Sequence record: MT811961.1
Reading direction: 5' to 3' (one strand)
Length of the DNA stretch: 64,000 nt
Shown here: positions 1 to 8,641 of the stretch, piece by piece
How positions within the stretch are numbered: the first letter of the stretch is position 1
Layout of the letters: the number at the start of each line of letters is the position of its first letter
Notes under the pieces: generated by a model
What the model was told of the DNA's origin: nothing
The model's input: the letters and a program-made list of their open reading frames with translations, nothing else
The model's database searches: none
Translations under genes and position numbers: made by a program

Positions 1-1857
1 GTTGGTGCATTGGAAATGGCGACAGCTGTAAGCTTTAAAGTGGCTGGTGTAACTACTGCTTGTGAGGTTATCGTAGAATACCCAACAATCGGTAAAGCAC
101 ACTTTGCTCGCTTAGCTAATGCTGGCGGTCAAGAGCTATGGAACAAGTTTATCAACAACTTGTACAAACCTAAGTGGGGTGCAGTTGTAATCAGACCTGA
201 TGGTTCTGGTGATGACTCTATTCCTGCTGGTGCTTGTGCGGCTCGTGCTGACTATACTGACATGACGTTCTCTACTTCGGCTGAATACGCATTGTCTGGT
301 GAAGACTACATTCTGAGTGACATGACAGATTGGACTACTGCTCATCTGAAATCGATCGCAGGTATCTTCCGTGACACCGCAAACTTCAACCAAGACATCT
401 CTACGTGGGATCTGTCAGCAGTAGAAAATGCGGACCGTGTGTTTACTGATGCGAAAGCATTTAACCAAGACCTAGAAGGATGGGTTGGTTTCAAACCTAC
501 TCGTGCTGCTGGTATCTTTGAACGTGCAACCGCATTTAACGGCGCGATTGACGGATGGGACATGTCACGTTGTACGAACTTCTACAACATGTTTAGCGGT
601 GCTACAAGCTTCAATAAACCTGTAGGTAGTTGGAGTACTGTGGAAGGTGGATACATGCAAGGTGTATTCCGTGGTGCAACCATGTTTAACCAGCCACTAA
701 CAAACTGGACGTTCCCTAAAGCGTTCGATGTGAGCTTCTTCTTTGCTAATGCAACTGCATTTAACCAAGACGTGAACAACCTTGACTTCTCTACAGTTGG
801 CACGGTTCGTTCAATGTTCAATGGTGCGACTGCCTTTAACAACGGCTCAGTAGCTGGTGCAAGTGATAATCCATTAACGATTAACTTCGCTAACTCTGCT
901 GACCAAACACAGGTATTCCAAAGTGCAACTGCGTTCAACCAGCCATTACCTAACATCACGTTCGGTAAAGCAGGTACAGACATCACGTCAATGTTCCTTG
1001 GTGCTTCAGTCTTTAACCAAAGCTTGAGTCACTGGGATACTACAAACGTAGATGACATGGCAAGTGTCTTCAAAGAAGCAACACTATTTAACAACGGTTC
1101 TGCTCCGGGTGTAAGTGATAATCCACTGACTTGGAATACCACAGCTGTTACTAGTACGAAAGGTATGTTCTGTCATGCTGACTCGTTCAACCAAGAAGTT
1201 CCATTCGATGTTGGTAACGTAACAGACGGTAGTGAAATGTTCCGTGAAGCTGCACTGTTCAACCAGAACGTGGCATCACTTCAATTCACACAGGCAACAA
1301 CTCTGGCTCGCATCTTCGAAAATGCAGTGGCGTTTAACAACGGCTCGGCAGATGGTGTGACAGGTGCAATGCTAAACTGGGCAAGTACCAATGCCCTAGT
1401 AAACGCCGAATCTATGTTTGAAGGTGCTTCTATCTTCGACCAAGATGTTTCACTACAAACTGGCTCGATCACTAATGCTAAGGCAATGTTCAAGAACGCG
1501 CCTAAGTTTGATCGTGACATGATGTGGTTTAGCTTCGGCGAAGTATTGGACATGAGTGAGATGTTCCGTGGTGCAACAGCGTTTACTGGTAGCGGAATTG
1601 ATTTCTGGCAAACTGGTAAGGCAACAGACATGAGCTTCATGTTTGCTGATGCTGCTGCATTCAATGCGGTACCGGTTACTTGGTCATTTACTGAAGTAAC
1701 AAACATGACAGGTATGTTCTCAGGAGCAACTAGCATGAACCAAGACATCTCTGGTTGGTGTGTTCCGAAGATAACTGTAGCTCCAACAAGTTTCGACTTG
1801 AATGCGGGCTTTGCAGGTAACGCGGCACTACAACCACAATGGGGTGTTCCTTGTTAA
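1..1857 (+). CDS. DUF285/BspA-like repeat surface protein (probably 5'-truncated by the window edge)
   Basis: About 17 repeats of the type FNQD(I/L)SxWDxSxVxxMxxMFxGAxAFN, ending in NQDISGWCVPKI. Frame +1 is open from base 1, so the true start may lie upstream. Followed by a terminator. Confidence 0.85.
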   Translation, partial: VGALEMATAVSFKVAGVTTACEVIVEYPTIGKAHFARLANAGGQELWNKFINNLYKPKWGAVVIRPDGSGDDSIPAGACAARADYTDMTFSTSAEYALSGEDYILSDMTDWTTAHLKSIAGIFRDTANFNQDISTWDLSAVENADRVFTDAKAFNQDLEGWVGFKPTRAAGIFERATAFNGAIDGWDMSRCTNFYNMFSGATSFNKPVGSWSTVEGGYMQGVFRGATMFNQPLTNWTFPKAFDVSFFFANATAFNQDVNNLDFSTVGTVRSMFNGATAFNNGSVAGASDNPLTINFANSADQTQVFQSATAFNQPLPNITFGKAGTDITSMFLGASVFNQSLSHWDTTNVDDMASVFKEATLFNNGSAPGVSDNPLTWNTTAVTSTKGMFCHADSFNQEVPFDVGNVTDGSEMFREAALFNQNVASLQFTQATTLARIFENAVAFNNGSADGVTGAMLNWASTNALVNAESMFEGASIFDQDVSLQTGSITNAKAMFKNAPKFDRDMMWFSFGEVLDMSEMFRGATAFTGSGIDFWQTGKATDMSFMFADAAAFNAVPVTWSFTEVTNMTGMFSGATSMNQDISGWCVPKITVAPTSFDLNAGFAGNAALQPQWGVPC

Positions 1858-1870
1858 CTTAATAACCTTT

Positions 1871-1905
1871 AATGAGGCTGCCTTCGGGCAGTCTCATTCT
1901 TTTTT
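1871..1905 (+). terminator. Rho-independent terminator
   Basis: AATGAGGCTGCC-TTCG-GGCAGTCTCATT followed by a T-run. Confidence 0.9.
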
Positions 1906-1910
1906 ATTCT

Positions 1911-1926
1911 CTATATTACCAACTTG
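1911..1926 (+). promoter_or_regulatory. phiKZ-type early promoter motif
   Basis: CTATATTACCAACTTG; TATATTAC is the described phiKZ early-promoter consensus; intergenic, just after a terminator. Confidence 0.75.
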
Positions 1927-2000
1927 GATTATGACATCTTAATCTATTTTAATAGTGGTGCCGAGGGCATCTTCTTTAACTTCCTGAGAGGAAAACAAAT

Positions 2001-2966
2001 ATGTACGTTAATATCTGCACAGACAACAAATCATTCTTTCAATACGCAATGGGCCTGAAAAACACAGGCATTAAGAACTGGGGTTTCTGTTTGCATCAAA
2101 TCGATGACAGCATCGAAGCAATCGATCCGCATGATCCAGGTCTTACTGTTGCGGAACAAGAGCGTGTGATTACTGAGTGTCGTGATAACCCATGGTACTT
2201 CTTTCGTGAAGTATTGCGTATCCCTTCTGCTACCAATAAAGAAGGCGTTCAGTTTCATGCAAACGAAACAATGGTGTCTTCTTTGTTCCTTATGCTGAAC
2301 GGCAAGGATTCACTTGTGTTTACTCCACGCCAGCGTGGTCGCTCGATGATGAATAAAGTGTTTAGTTTCTACAATGCCAAGTTCCATGGTAAAGGCATGG
2401 TGACTCTGAGTATTAATCGTCCTATTGTTAAAGCAGATCAATTTGTTTTAGCTGAGATGAATAATCTGTTACCAGAGTATATGCAAACACGTGTAGCAAC
2501 TGATCTAACTCGTCATCCGTATGTTTCTGCGCCAGTCGCTCGCCTAAATGAAATGGAAGCGCCGGTTCATTCCACCGTGTATTGTTCCGGTGGTTACGTG
2601 GCTTCTATCTTTATTCCAAATAAAGGCGATGATGACGGCATGCTCAAAGAGTTAGTGGAACTTGCACCAGACTATCTGTGTTGGGACGATGCACCTTTCC
2701 ATCGTGCACAATACGAAGTAGAAAGCGCAGTACATCAGTACCTTGCACTAGAGCGTGAATTGGGTTCTTTGATTACTGCTCCTCTGGAAGCAGAAGAACG
2801 AGTACGTGCTCATTACCATCGTCTAATGGAAACAACGGACAACAAGACGTATTGGAACAAGGCTTATTACGATCGTCCAGATGACATTACCTCTGGATGG
2901 CGTATCGAGCCAATGGTATCAAAAGACATCGCGACAACAGCCGCAGCTTTATCACTAACAAAATAA
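2001..2966 (+). CDS. Paralog of the jumbo-phage terminase large subunit N-terminal/ATPase region (short, degenerate)
   Basis: TDNKSF...GIKN...IDPHDP...ECRDNPWYFFREVLRIP matches my recollection of phiKZ/AR9-type terminase N-termini; Walker A-like PRQRGRS; only 321 aa. Confidence 0.65.
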   Translation: MYVNICTDNKSFFQYAMGLKNTGIKNWGFCLHQIDDSIEAIDPHDPGLTVAEQERVITECRDNPWYFFREVLRIPSATNKEGVQFHANETMVSSLFLMLNGKDSLVFTPRQRGRSMMNKVFSFYNAKFHGKGMVTLSINRPIVKADQFVLAEMNNLLPEYMQTRVATDLTRHPYVSAPVARLNEMEAPVHSTVYCSGGYVASIFIPNKGDDDGMLKELVELAPDYLCWDDAPFHRAQYEVESAVHQYLALERELGSLITAPLEAEERVRAHYHRLMETTDNKTYWNKAYYDRPDDITSGWRIEPMVSKDIATTAAALSLTK

Positions 2967-2970
2967 AAAC

Positions 2971-3004
2971 AAGAGGGGCCTCTCGGCTCCTCTTATTCTT
3001 TTTA
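2971..3004 (+). terminator. Rho-independent terminator
   Basis: AAGAGGGGCC-TCTC-GGCTCCTCTT then ATTCTTTTT. Confidence 0.8.
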
Positions 3005-3025
3005 TCCGAAACCAGGTAAAACAAA

Positions 3026-3562
3026 ATGAACAACGCAATTTTACACGCAGATTTCTATGGCATTATTGTCATGCTAAAGCCACAGGGATTTGAAATGCCA
3101 ACTGCATGTGTCAAATCAGCACAGAGAGGCGACAGAATAGTTTTAAGTGAAGCATTCGAGAGAATGTGCGACATCTGTCCTAAACGCCTCCTGCGTGACA
3201 TACAGGACCATTATGACTATGGTGAGATTACTAAGTTCTTTTATGCTTTAGATTCAATCGCTGAAGAGTTTAGTATCACTGGCTGGAAACTAGCAGAAGC
3301 TTTTATTGATGCGATGGATTCAGGATTACGTAATGCGAAAGAACTTGATCGTGTAGCTATCCGTACTTTCTGCAATTCAAACAAATCAATGTCTGTACGT
3401 ATCTCTGCTTTCCGTACGGTATTTTATCGCAATCACGTATGGGGACCAGAGCGTATCTATGAAGCACCGTTAGTATTGTTAGACGACGATCATGGGTTAA
3501 GTATCGTTACACTTGGCCATGCTGTAGACGTAGAAGTCATGGAGAATGAATTATGTCACTAA
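3026..3562 (+). CDS. Hypothetical protein
   Basis: 178-aa ORF in a packed + strand run; no recognised motif. Confidence 0.75.
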   Translation: MNNAILHADFYGIIVMLKPQGFEMPTACVKSAQRGDRIVLSEAFERMCDICPKRLLRDIQDHYDYGEITKFFYALDSIAEEFSITGWKLAEAFIDAMDSGLRNAKELDRVAIRTFCNSNKSMSVRISAFRTVFYRNHVWGPERIYEAPLVLLDDDHGLSIVTLGHAVDVEVMENELCH

Positions 3563-4191
3563 TCAACGCACTGCCGTTTCCAGTTATGTTAACGCCGAAC
3601 TGGATTGAAAAACCTTCGTCTCTTTATATGTCGTGGCCTGTAGAGTCACTTATTAAACTGATCGAAGAAAAACACAATCGCCCTAGTGGAATCATTCTTC
3701 CGGCGGATACCTACTACAAGATACTCGAACTTAGAGACGTTATCAACAAGTCAGACGTGGCTATCTATCTTGTCCATCCTGAAAAATGGAATGCCGAGAA
3801 AAGAGCCATGGAAGTTGAGTTTCTCTGCTATCGTATCAATGGTAACCATCGTGGCCAACAGGTACGAGAAATGAATTGGCGTTCGCTTTGTGGCTTAAAC
3901 GTCTACAAAGAAGTAGATCGTCTTGCGGCAGAAAGAACGGGGCTGTATCTTGTCGAACACGACGTTGCAAAAGTAACGGCCAAGAAAGCCGCAGTACGCA
4001 ACAAGATCGTTCCGGAGCGAGATATCCTACAAAAGTTACCACAGAAAAAGCTAAAGCCAAAGCGTATTATGCAGTGGAACATGCCATCGGCTTCTCAATT
4101 ACGCCGAGTTCTTAGTTCACCTATTTATCAGAGAGAAAAGATCAATGAAGATTCGCAAGTTGTTGAAAAACAAAACACAAGAGAAGTTTAA
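3553..4191 (+). CDS. Hypothetical protein
   Basis: 212-aa ORF; GGAGA upstream of ATG; short overlap with the previous gene. Confidence 0.75.
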   Translation: MSLINALPFPVMLTPNWIEKPSSLYMSWPVESLIKLIEEKHNRPSGIILPADTYYKILELRDVINKSDVAIYLVHPEKWNAEKRAMEVEFLCYRINGNHRGQQVREMNWRSLCGLNVYKEVDRLAAERTGLYLVEHDVAKVTAKKAAVRNKIVPERDILQKLPQKKLKPKRIMQWNMPSASQLRRVLSSPIYQREKINEDSQVVEKQNTREV

Positions 4192-4654
4192 CCATCTGAT
4201 TGACTTGGGTCAGAATTACGACGGCATGGCTTTGTATCACGGCATCCGTAATGCTAAACACCACGAGTCGGTTTTGTATTGGTTTCGTAACCACCGCAAG
4301 CATCATAAGGTAGTGCTTGTTAAAGAGTGCTCGTTTCTTGCCTGTGACTACGCTAAGACGTATTATGTTTGCCGCATCATCGGCGAACATCAAGGCCAAC
4401 CTATCTTGTTGTCTACTGGAGAGATCCGTGTATACAATGACTGGGTAGAACACGGTAACGAGAATTACGATCCATTACTAGCTCGTCGCATCAGTAAAAG
4501 CAAGATCTTGTCGTTTGCACCAAAAGGTTACATCACGGTAAACGATCGCAAAATCTTAACGGACTTTCCAGCCTGGCAAGCGGAAGAAGCTAAACGCAAA
4601 GAGCGTGAAGCAGAACTTACTAATTGGCTAAACTCAACAGATACGGAACTTTAA
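4145..4654 (+). CDS. Hypothetical protein
   Basis: 169-aa ORF in a packed run. Confidence 0.7.
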   Translation: MKIRKLLKNKTQEKFNHLIDLGQNYDGMALYHGIRNAKHHESVLYWFRNHRKHHKVVLVKECSFLACDYAKTYYVCRIIGEHQGQPILLSTGEIRVYNDWVEHGNENYDPLLARRISKSKILSFAPKGYITVNDRKILTDFPAWQAEEAKRKEREAELTNWLNSTDTEL

Positions 4655-4656
4655 TC

Positions 4657-5745
4657 ATGACAGATCTACGAATGAACAGAAACAATGTGGTATTCCCAGA
4701 AAGCTTGATGGCACCAACACGCCTCAAAGAACCAGAAATTGTCTCGAAGGAGTTTGGAGAAAAGATGGCAGCAGCTTTGGAGACAGCATGTGAAACCATC
4801 AAGATTGACTCACTGGGTGGGTACATCAATCATCCTAAACCAGAGCCGCGCATCTATGGTGCTCATACTGGGATGCATCGTTCGGACATGCAGCTTCTTA
4901 TGGCTGGACGGACAATGGGTAAGTCAGTAGCGTATGGATTGGATTCAATAATCGAAAAAGAATTGAAGCCACATCAAAAAGCAATCCTGGAAGATAACGA
5001 TTACTTCAACCGCATGCAGCGACTATTGATGCTCAACCGCAATGCTCGTTACGGTGCAACGGCTTCGTCTATGTATCCGGATGTCTTTACAAAACCAATC
5101 ATTACCGTGCCGTTCTATGGACGTAGCTTTGCACAAGACGTACATTACTACCATACACCGGTAGACTTTAACCGCTATACACATTACCGCATGGGTTCTT
5201 TCCACGTTGATGATATCAACAAGATCGGCCGTGAAGTAAAAGTGTATCGTGCGGTGCATGTAAATCGTACGACTTATGTAAAAATGCGTTCTAAAACAAA
5301 GCGTAATCGTTCTGCTGAATATGTACAAGCTCCATCTGCTCTGATGTATGAAGTAGAAGGCGGCATTACAATCAGCGAGTACCAGCTAGAGTTATTGCGT
5401 CGTTCTGGAAACAAAGAGTTTAAACCTTTTATTGAAGCAGCAATAAAGGCCAACCTCTTCCGTCCACGTTACTGCAATGCGTATCCTTGGTATGATATTG
5501 ATACTACGATCAATCGTTTACCTACTACGTATTGGAATGCGACGTATCGTTACGAACCAAAGAAACTTGGTTTTAGTAACGTTTATACATCTACTGTTAC
5601 TTATGGTTCTACGGACTTTAGTACGCAGTACCCAGTGCCATACAATGCGATGTCTGACAAACCAATGACTTGTATGGAGCGTCTGTTGCTTCGCCTTGAT
5701 AAGCAAGCTGTCAAGAACTACATAATCTGTTCTGGATGGCATTAA
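4657..5745 (+). CDS. Hypothetical protein
   Basis: Start moved to the ATG 2 nt after the upstream stop; contains AGRTMGKS; Tyr/Arg-rich. Confidence 0.75.
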   Translation: MTDLRMNRNNVVFPESLMAPTRLKEPEIVSKEFGEKMAAALETACETIKIDSLGGYINHPKPEPRIYGAHTGMHRSDMQLLMAGRTMGKSVAYGLDSIIEKELKPHQKAILEDNDYFNRMQRLLMLNRNARYGATASSMYPDVFTKPIITVPFYGRSFAQDVHYYHTPVDFNRYTHYRMGSFHVDDINKIGREVKVYRAVHVNRTTYVKMRSKTKRNRSAEYVQAPSALMYEVEGGITISEYQLELLRRSGNKEFKPFIEAAIKANLFRPRYCNAYPWYDIDTTINRLPTTYWNATYRYEPKKLGFSNVYTSTVTYGSTDFSTQYPVPYNAMSDKPMTCMERLLLRLDKQAVKNYIICSGWH

Positions 5746-5753
5746 TTAAAAGA

Positions 5754-5782
5754 AGTCGGCCTTCGGGTCGACTCTCTTTCTA
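5754..5782 (+). terminator. Rho-independent terminator
   Basis: AGTCGGCC-TTCG-GGTCGACT then CTCTTTCT. Confidence 0.75.
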
Positions 5783-5808
5783 ATCAGTTTTTATTTTTGT
5801 GAGGTTTT

Positions 5809-6780
5809 ATGAGTACGCCATTTAAAGTCGGTATCGCTTGTCAGTTTACAGAATGGCGGGATACAAAAGATGGACTCGGTACTACCTGGGTTCAACGTGC
5901 CGATACAAAGGTCGGTACAATCAAAGTCAAGTACATCAAAGACTTGCCAGAAGAAGCACAGTATGACAAGCTTTACTGTAAGTTAGTAGAGAACCTGGAT
6001 GCACTAGAAGCACAGTGCACAACAATCTGTTTGTATCCAGAAACAGCATGTATGCTGCGACTCAGTTCAGATCTATTTCCGCTAATAGACCACCCTGACT
6101 ACATGCATCTGTACGACACTGGCACTATCGATGAGTTACTAACAAAAAGACTTGCTAAGATAGGGGATCTATTTAAAGTACACAACGTACGCCTGTCAGT
6201 TCATCCGAGCCAATTCATCACGCTGTTTAGTGACAAAGATCACGTAGTGGATTCCGCGATACGTCACATAAACAAATGGATCAATATCTTTATTCTGCTT
6301 GGGTACAATCCATCCGAACATGATGTGGTCATCTGCATGCATACCAATGGACAATCATTTAAGTTTCCTGATCGAGCAAAACATCTGATTCCCTGGATTG
6401 CACTGGAGAATGACGAAAAGGCTGCTGGCTTTGACAAGACATTAAAGATCTGTCAAGACAACGGCATTCGTATGATCTTGGATGTTCACCACTATCGCTG
6501 TGAAAAGAAAGCTCATATTGGTTTAAACTCAGACGAGTTCTATGCTGTCCTAGAGACATGGAAGGACAAAGGCAGACCTAAGATGCACGTTAGTTCTCCA
6601 CGCGGCACAGAGAACTATAAAGAGCTTTGCATGCATGCTGACTTTATCTCTACAGAAGACTTGGAGCAATACTGGGAGTTTGCATACAAGTTTGACATTA
6701 TGGTAGAGGCCAAAGCAAAGTCTGTAGCAGCTGGTAAAGTTCATCGCTTTCTGTATGAAAAAATCATCGGCATAAAATAA
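5809..6780 (+). CDS. uvsE: UV DNA damage endonuclease (UvsE/UVDE family)
   Basis: Family motifs LRLSSDLFP, RLSVHPSQF, ALENDEK, LDVHHY, KMHVSS, HADFI and DIMVEAKAK. Confidence 0.92.
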   Translation: MSTPFKVGIACQFTEWRDTKDGLGTTWVQRADTKVGTIKVKYIKDLPEEAQYDKLYCKLVENLDALEAQCTTICLYPETACMLRLSSDLFPLIDHPDYMHLYDTGTIDELLTKRLAKIGDLFKVHNVRLSVHPSQFITLFSDKDHVVDSAIRHINKWINIFILLGYNPSEHDVVICMHTNGQSFKFPDRAKHLIPWIALENDEKAAGFDKTLKICQDNGIRMILDVHHYRCEKKAHIGLNSDEFYAVLETWKDKGRPKMHVSSPRGTENYKELCMHADFISTEDLEQYWEFAYKFDIMVEAKAKSVAAGKVHRFLYEKIIGIK

Positions 6781-6796
6781 TTTTTAAGAGGTAATC

Positions 6797-7360
6797 ATGA
6801 AAAGACACTTTGAAAGAAACGCACACGATATCATTGCGTCAACAGAATCAGTTCGCGGCTGCTATGTTGAAATAGACGGCCTCTGGCATGGAATAAAAGC
6901 GGTGGAGCTTGTTGATCGAAACAATGTTCTCTTGGTCTTGGAAACAGGCGGAAAACAAATCGTCACTAGTTTTAAGAAGTACAAGTTCTCATATGAGCTC
7001 GAGGTACCTAAGGCAGTGCCGACTGTTTTTAAGCTATATGTAGGAACCGATATACCAGAGTATGTACTGGAAAGCATGAAGCGTTATGTAAAAGTGGACG
7101 ATATTATCTTTATACAGGATAAACGTTTTGCCCAGCACATAAGTCTACTACCTAAAGAAGCCGATGGTCCTTTTGGTACTGATCCATTGTCTTTTGGAGT
7201 TAAGCAAGAACCGTATTTTACTCCTGGGTACAACTACCACCAAGACGATCTTTTGTTTATTAATGGTTTATATTATCGTTGCTCAAAAGAGCACGTTTCC
7301 CCAACTTCCATGTTCTCCATTACGGACGAGTATCTTGCCAAATATTGGAAAATAGCATAA
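6797..7360 (+). CDS. Hypothetical protein with a possible C-terminal carbohydrate-binding (CBM5/12-like) module
   Basis: C-terminal FTPGYNYHQDDLLFINGLYYRC...YW resembles chitin-binding type 3 modules. Confidence 0.5.
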   Translation: MKRHFERNAHDIIASTESVRGCYVEIDGLWHGIKAVELVDRNNVLLVLETGGKQIVTSFKKYKFSYELEVPKAVPTVFKLYVGTDIPEYVLESMKRYVKVDDIIFIQDKRFAQHISLLPKEADGPFGTDPLSFGVKQEPYFTPGYNYHQDDLLFINGLYYRCSKEHVSPTSMFSITDEYLAKYWKIA

Positions 7361-7376
7361 GCCCATCCACTAAAAC

Positions 7377-7399
7377 AGACCATCTAAATTTGATGGTCT
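7377..7399 (+). promoter_or_regulatory. Intergenic hairpin without a U-tract
   Basis: AGACCATC-TAAATTT-GATGGTCT, perfect 8-bp stem upstream of the DHFR gene. Confidence 0.4.
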
Positions 7400-7420
7400 A
7401 ATCCAACGAGGTAAAGAAAA

Positions 7421-8152
7421 ATGAAAAAGCAATTTGACGCAATTCTAGAACGAGCAGCCGAAGGTAGCTATGCACGTGCTACTGAGACTTCTCTTGGCGG
7501 TACAAGCAAGAAGGTCCATGGTCCAATCACAGCATCTGTTGTTCCATATGAAGTTGCGTACGACGACAATGGTAATGCAATCGAATTCCCTGTTGACTAC
7601 GACATACCAGAAGAGACAATTGAAATGACTCAAGAAATCCAAATGATCGCAGCCATCGATCAAAAAGGCGCACTAGGCAAAGACGGTGATTTGATCATCC
7701 GTAACAAAGAAGACATGGACTTCTTTAAAGCACGCACTGAAGGCTGTACTGTAATTATGGGTCGCAAGACTTGGGAGTCTATTGGCTCGAAGCCTTTGCC
7801 TGGACGTACCTGTATCGTACTTACAAGTGAACCGCAGCGAGTACGTGGCCGTAGCCATGGTCCTGCTTTCTTTGTTAAAGGTAAGTGTGCTACTTTAGAG
7901 ATTGCAGAGAAATGCAATCGCCGCGTTGTAGTAATTGGTGGTGCTTCTATTTACGAAATGTTTGAACCAGAAGCCAACCTTGTCTGGGTCACTGCTTGGG
8001 ATACTGTTATTCCTGATGCGGATACATTCATCACACCGAAGATCTATGATGGTCGTGTAGGTGAAACGATTGGTCACCTAAAACACAAGGACGGCTACAC
8101 TGGCCTGATTCGTGCGTACAAACGCAAAACAGAAGCCAACTGGAGTAAGTAA
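7421..8152 (+). CDS. folA: Dihydrofolate reductase with an N-terminal extension
   Basis: IAAIDQKGALG...EDMDFFK..T.GCTVIMGRKTWESIG.KPLPGR..IVLT and VVVIGGASIYE; about 70 extra N-terminal residues. Confidence 0.92.
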   Translation: MKKQFDAILERAAEGSYARATETSLGGTSKKVHGPITASVVPYEVAYDDNGNAIEFPVDYDIPEETIEMTQEIQMIAAIDQKGALGKDGDLIIRNKEDMDFFKARTEGCTVIMGRKTWESIGSKPLPGRTCIVLTSEPQRVRGRSHGPAFFVKGKCATLEIAEKCNRRVVVIGGASIYEMFEPEANLVWVTAWDTVIPDADTFITPKIYDGRVGETIGHLKHKDGYTGLIRAYKRKTEANWSK

Positions 8153-8153
8153 A

Positions 8154-8639
8154 ATGAAAGCAGTAACACCTGAGGAATTTGCACAACAGATCTTTGAGAT
8201 GGGCGTTGCAGCAAACGTGTGCCCCGAGTTAGGCAGAACGACGTTGATCTGGCGTTTGCCTCTAACACGTCAATTCTGTTTTGAAGAGTTCGTACCCATC
8301 GGCACAGTAGTCGGTGGGCGTAACGTCAGAGTGATCGACCAAACGATCCGCATCGATATTTGCTTTGAAGAATGCAATGTTGATCTTGATCTAGCCAAGG
8401 TACATTTGGAGTATCTCAAAAACAAAGAGATGTTCGACATGGTGACCGGTGCATGTGATCCATATGAACCTGCTCCGCAAATCATTAAACCAGATGACTT
8501 AGGTGGACTGCTGACTCCGGGCACATTGGCAAAGCTATTCAAAGATGATGTTTGCCTGAGTAACAAGACCAAGAAACTAAAGCTTCTTGATCACGTTGAC
8601 TTTAGCTGTCTTAATGTAACGACCACAAAGAGAGATTAA
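8154..8639 (+). CDS. Hypothetical protein
   Basis: Start moved to the ATG at 8154, after GGAGT and 1 nt after the DHFR stop. Confidence 0.75.
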   Translation: MKAVTPEEFAQQIFEMGVAANVCPELGRTTLIWRLPLTRQFCFEEFVPIGTVVGGRNVRVIDQTIRIDICFEECNVDLDLAKVHLEYLKNKEMFDMVTGACDPYEPAPQIIKPDDLGGLLTPGTLAKLFKDDVCLSNKTKKLKLLDHVDFSCLNVTTTKRD

Positions 8640-8641
8640 TC

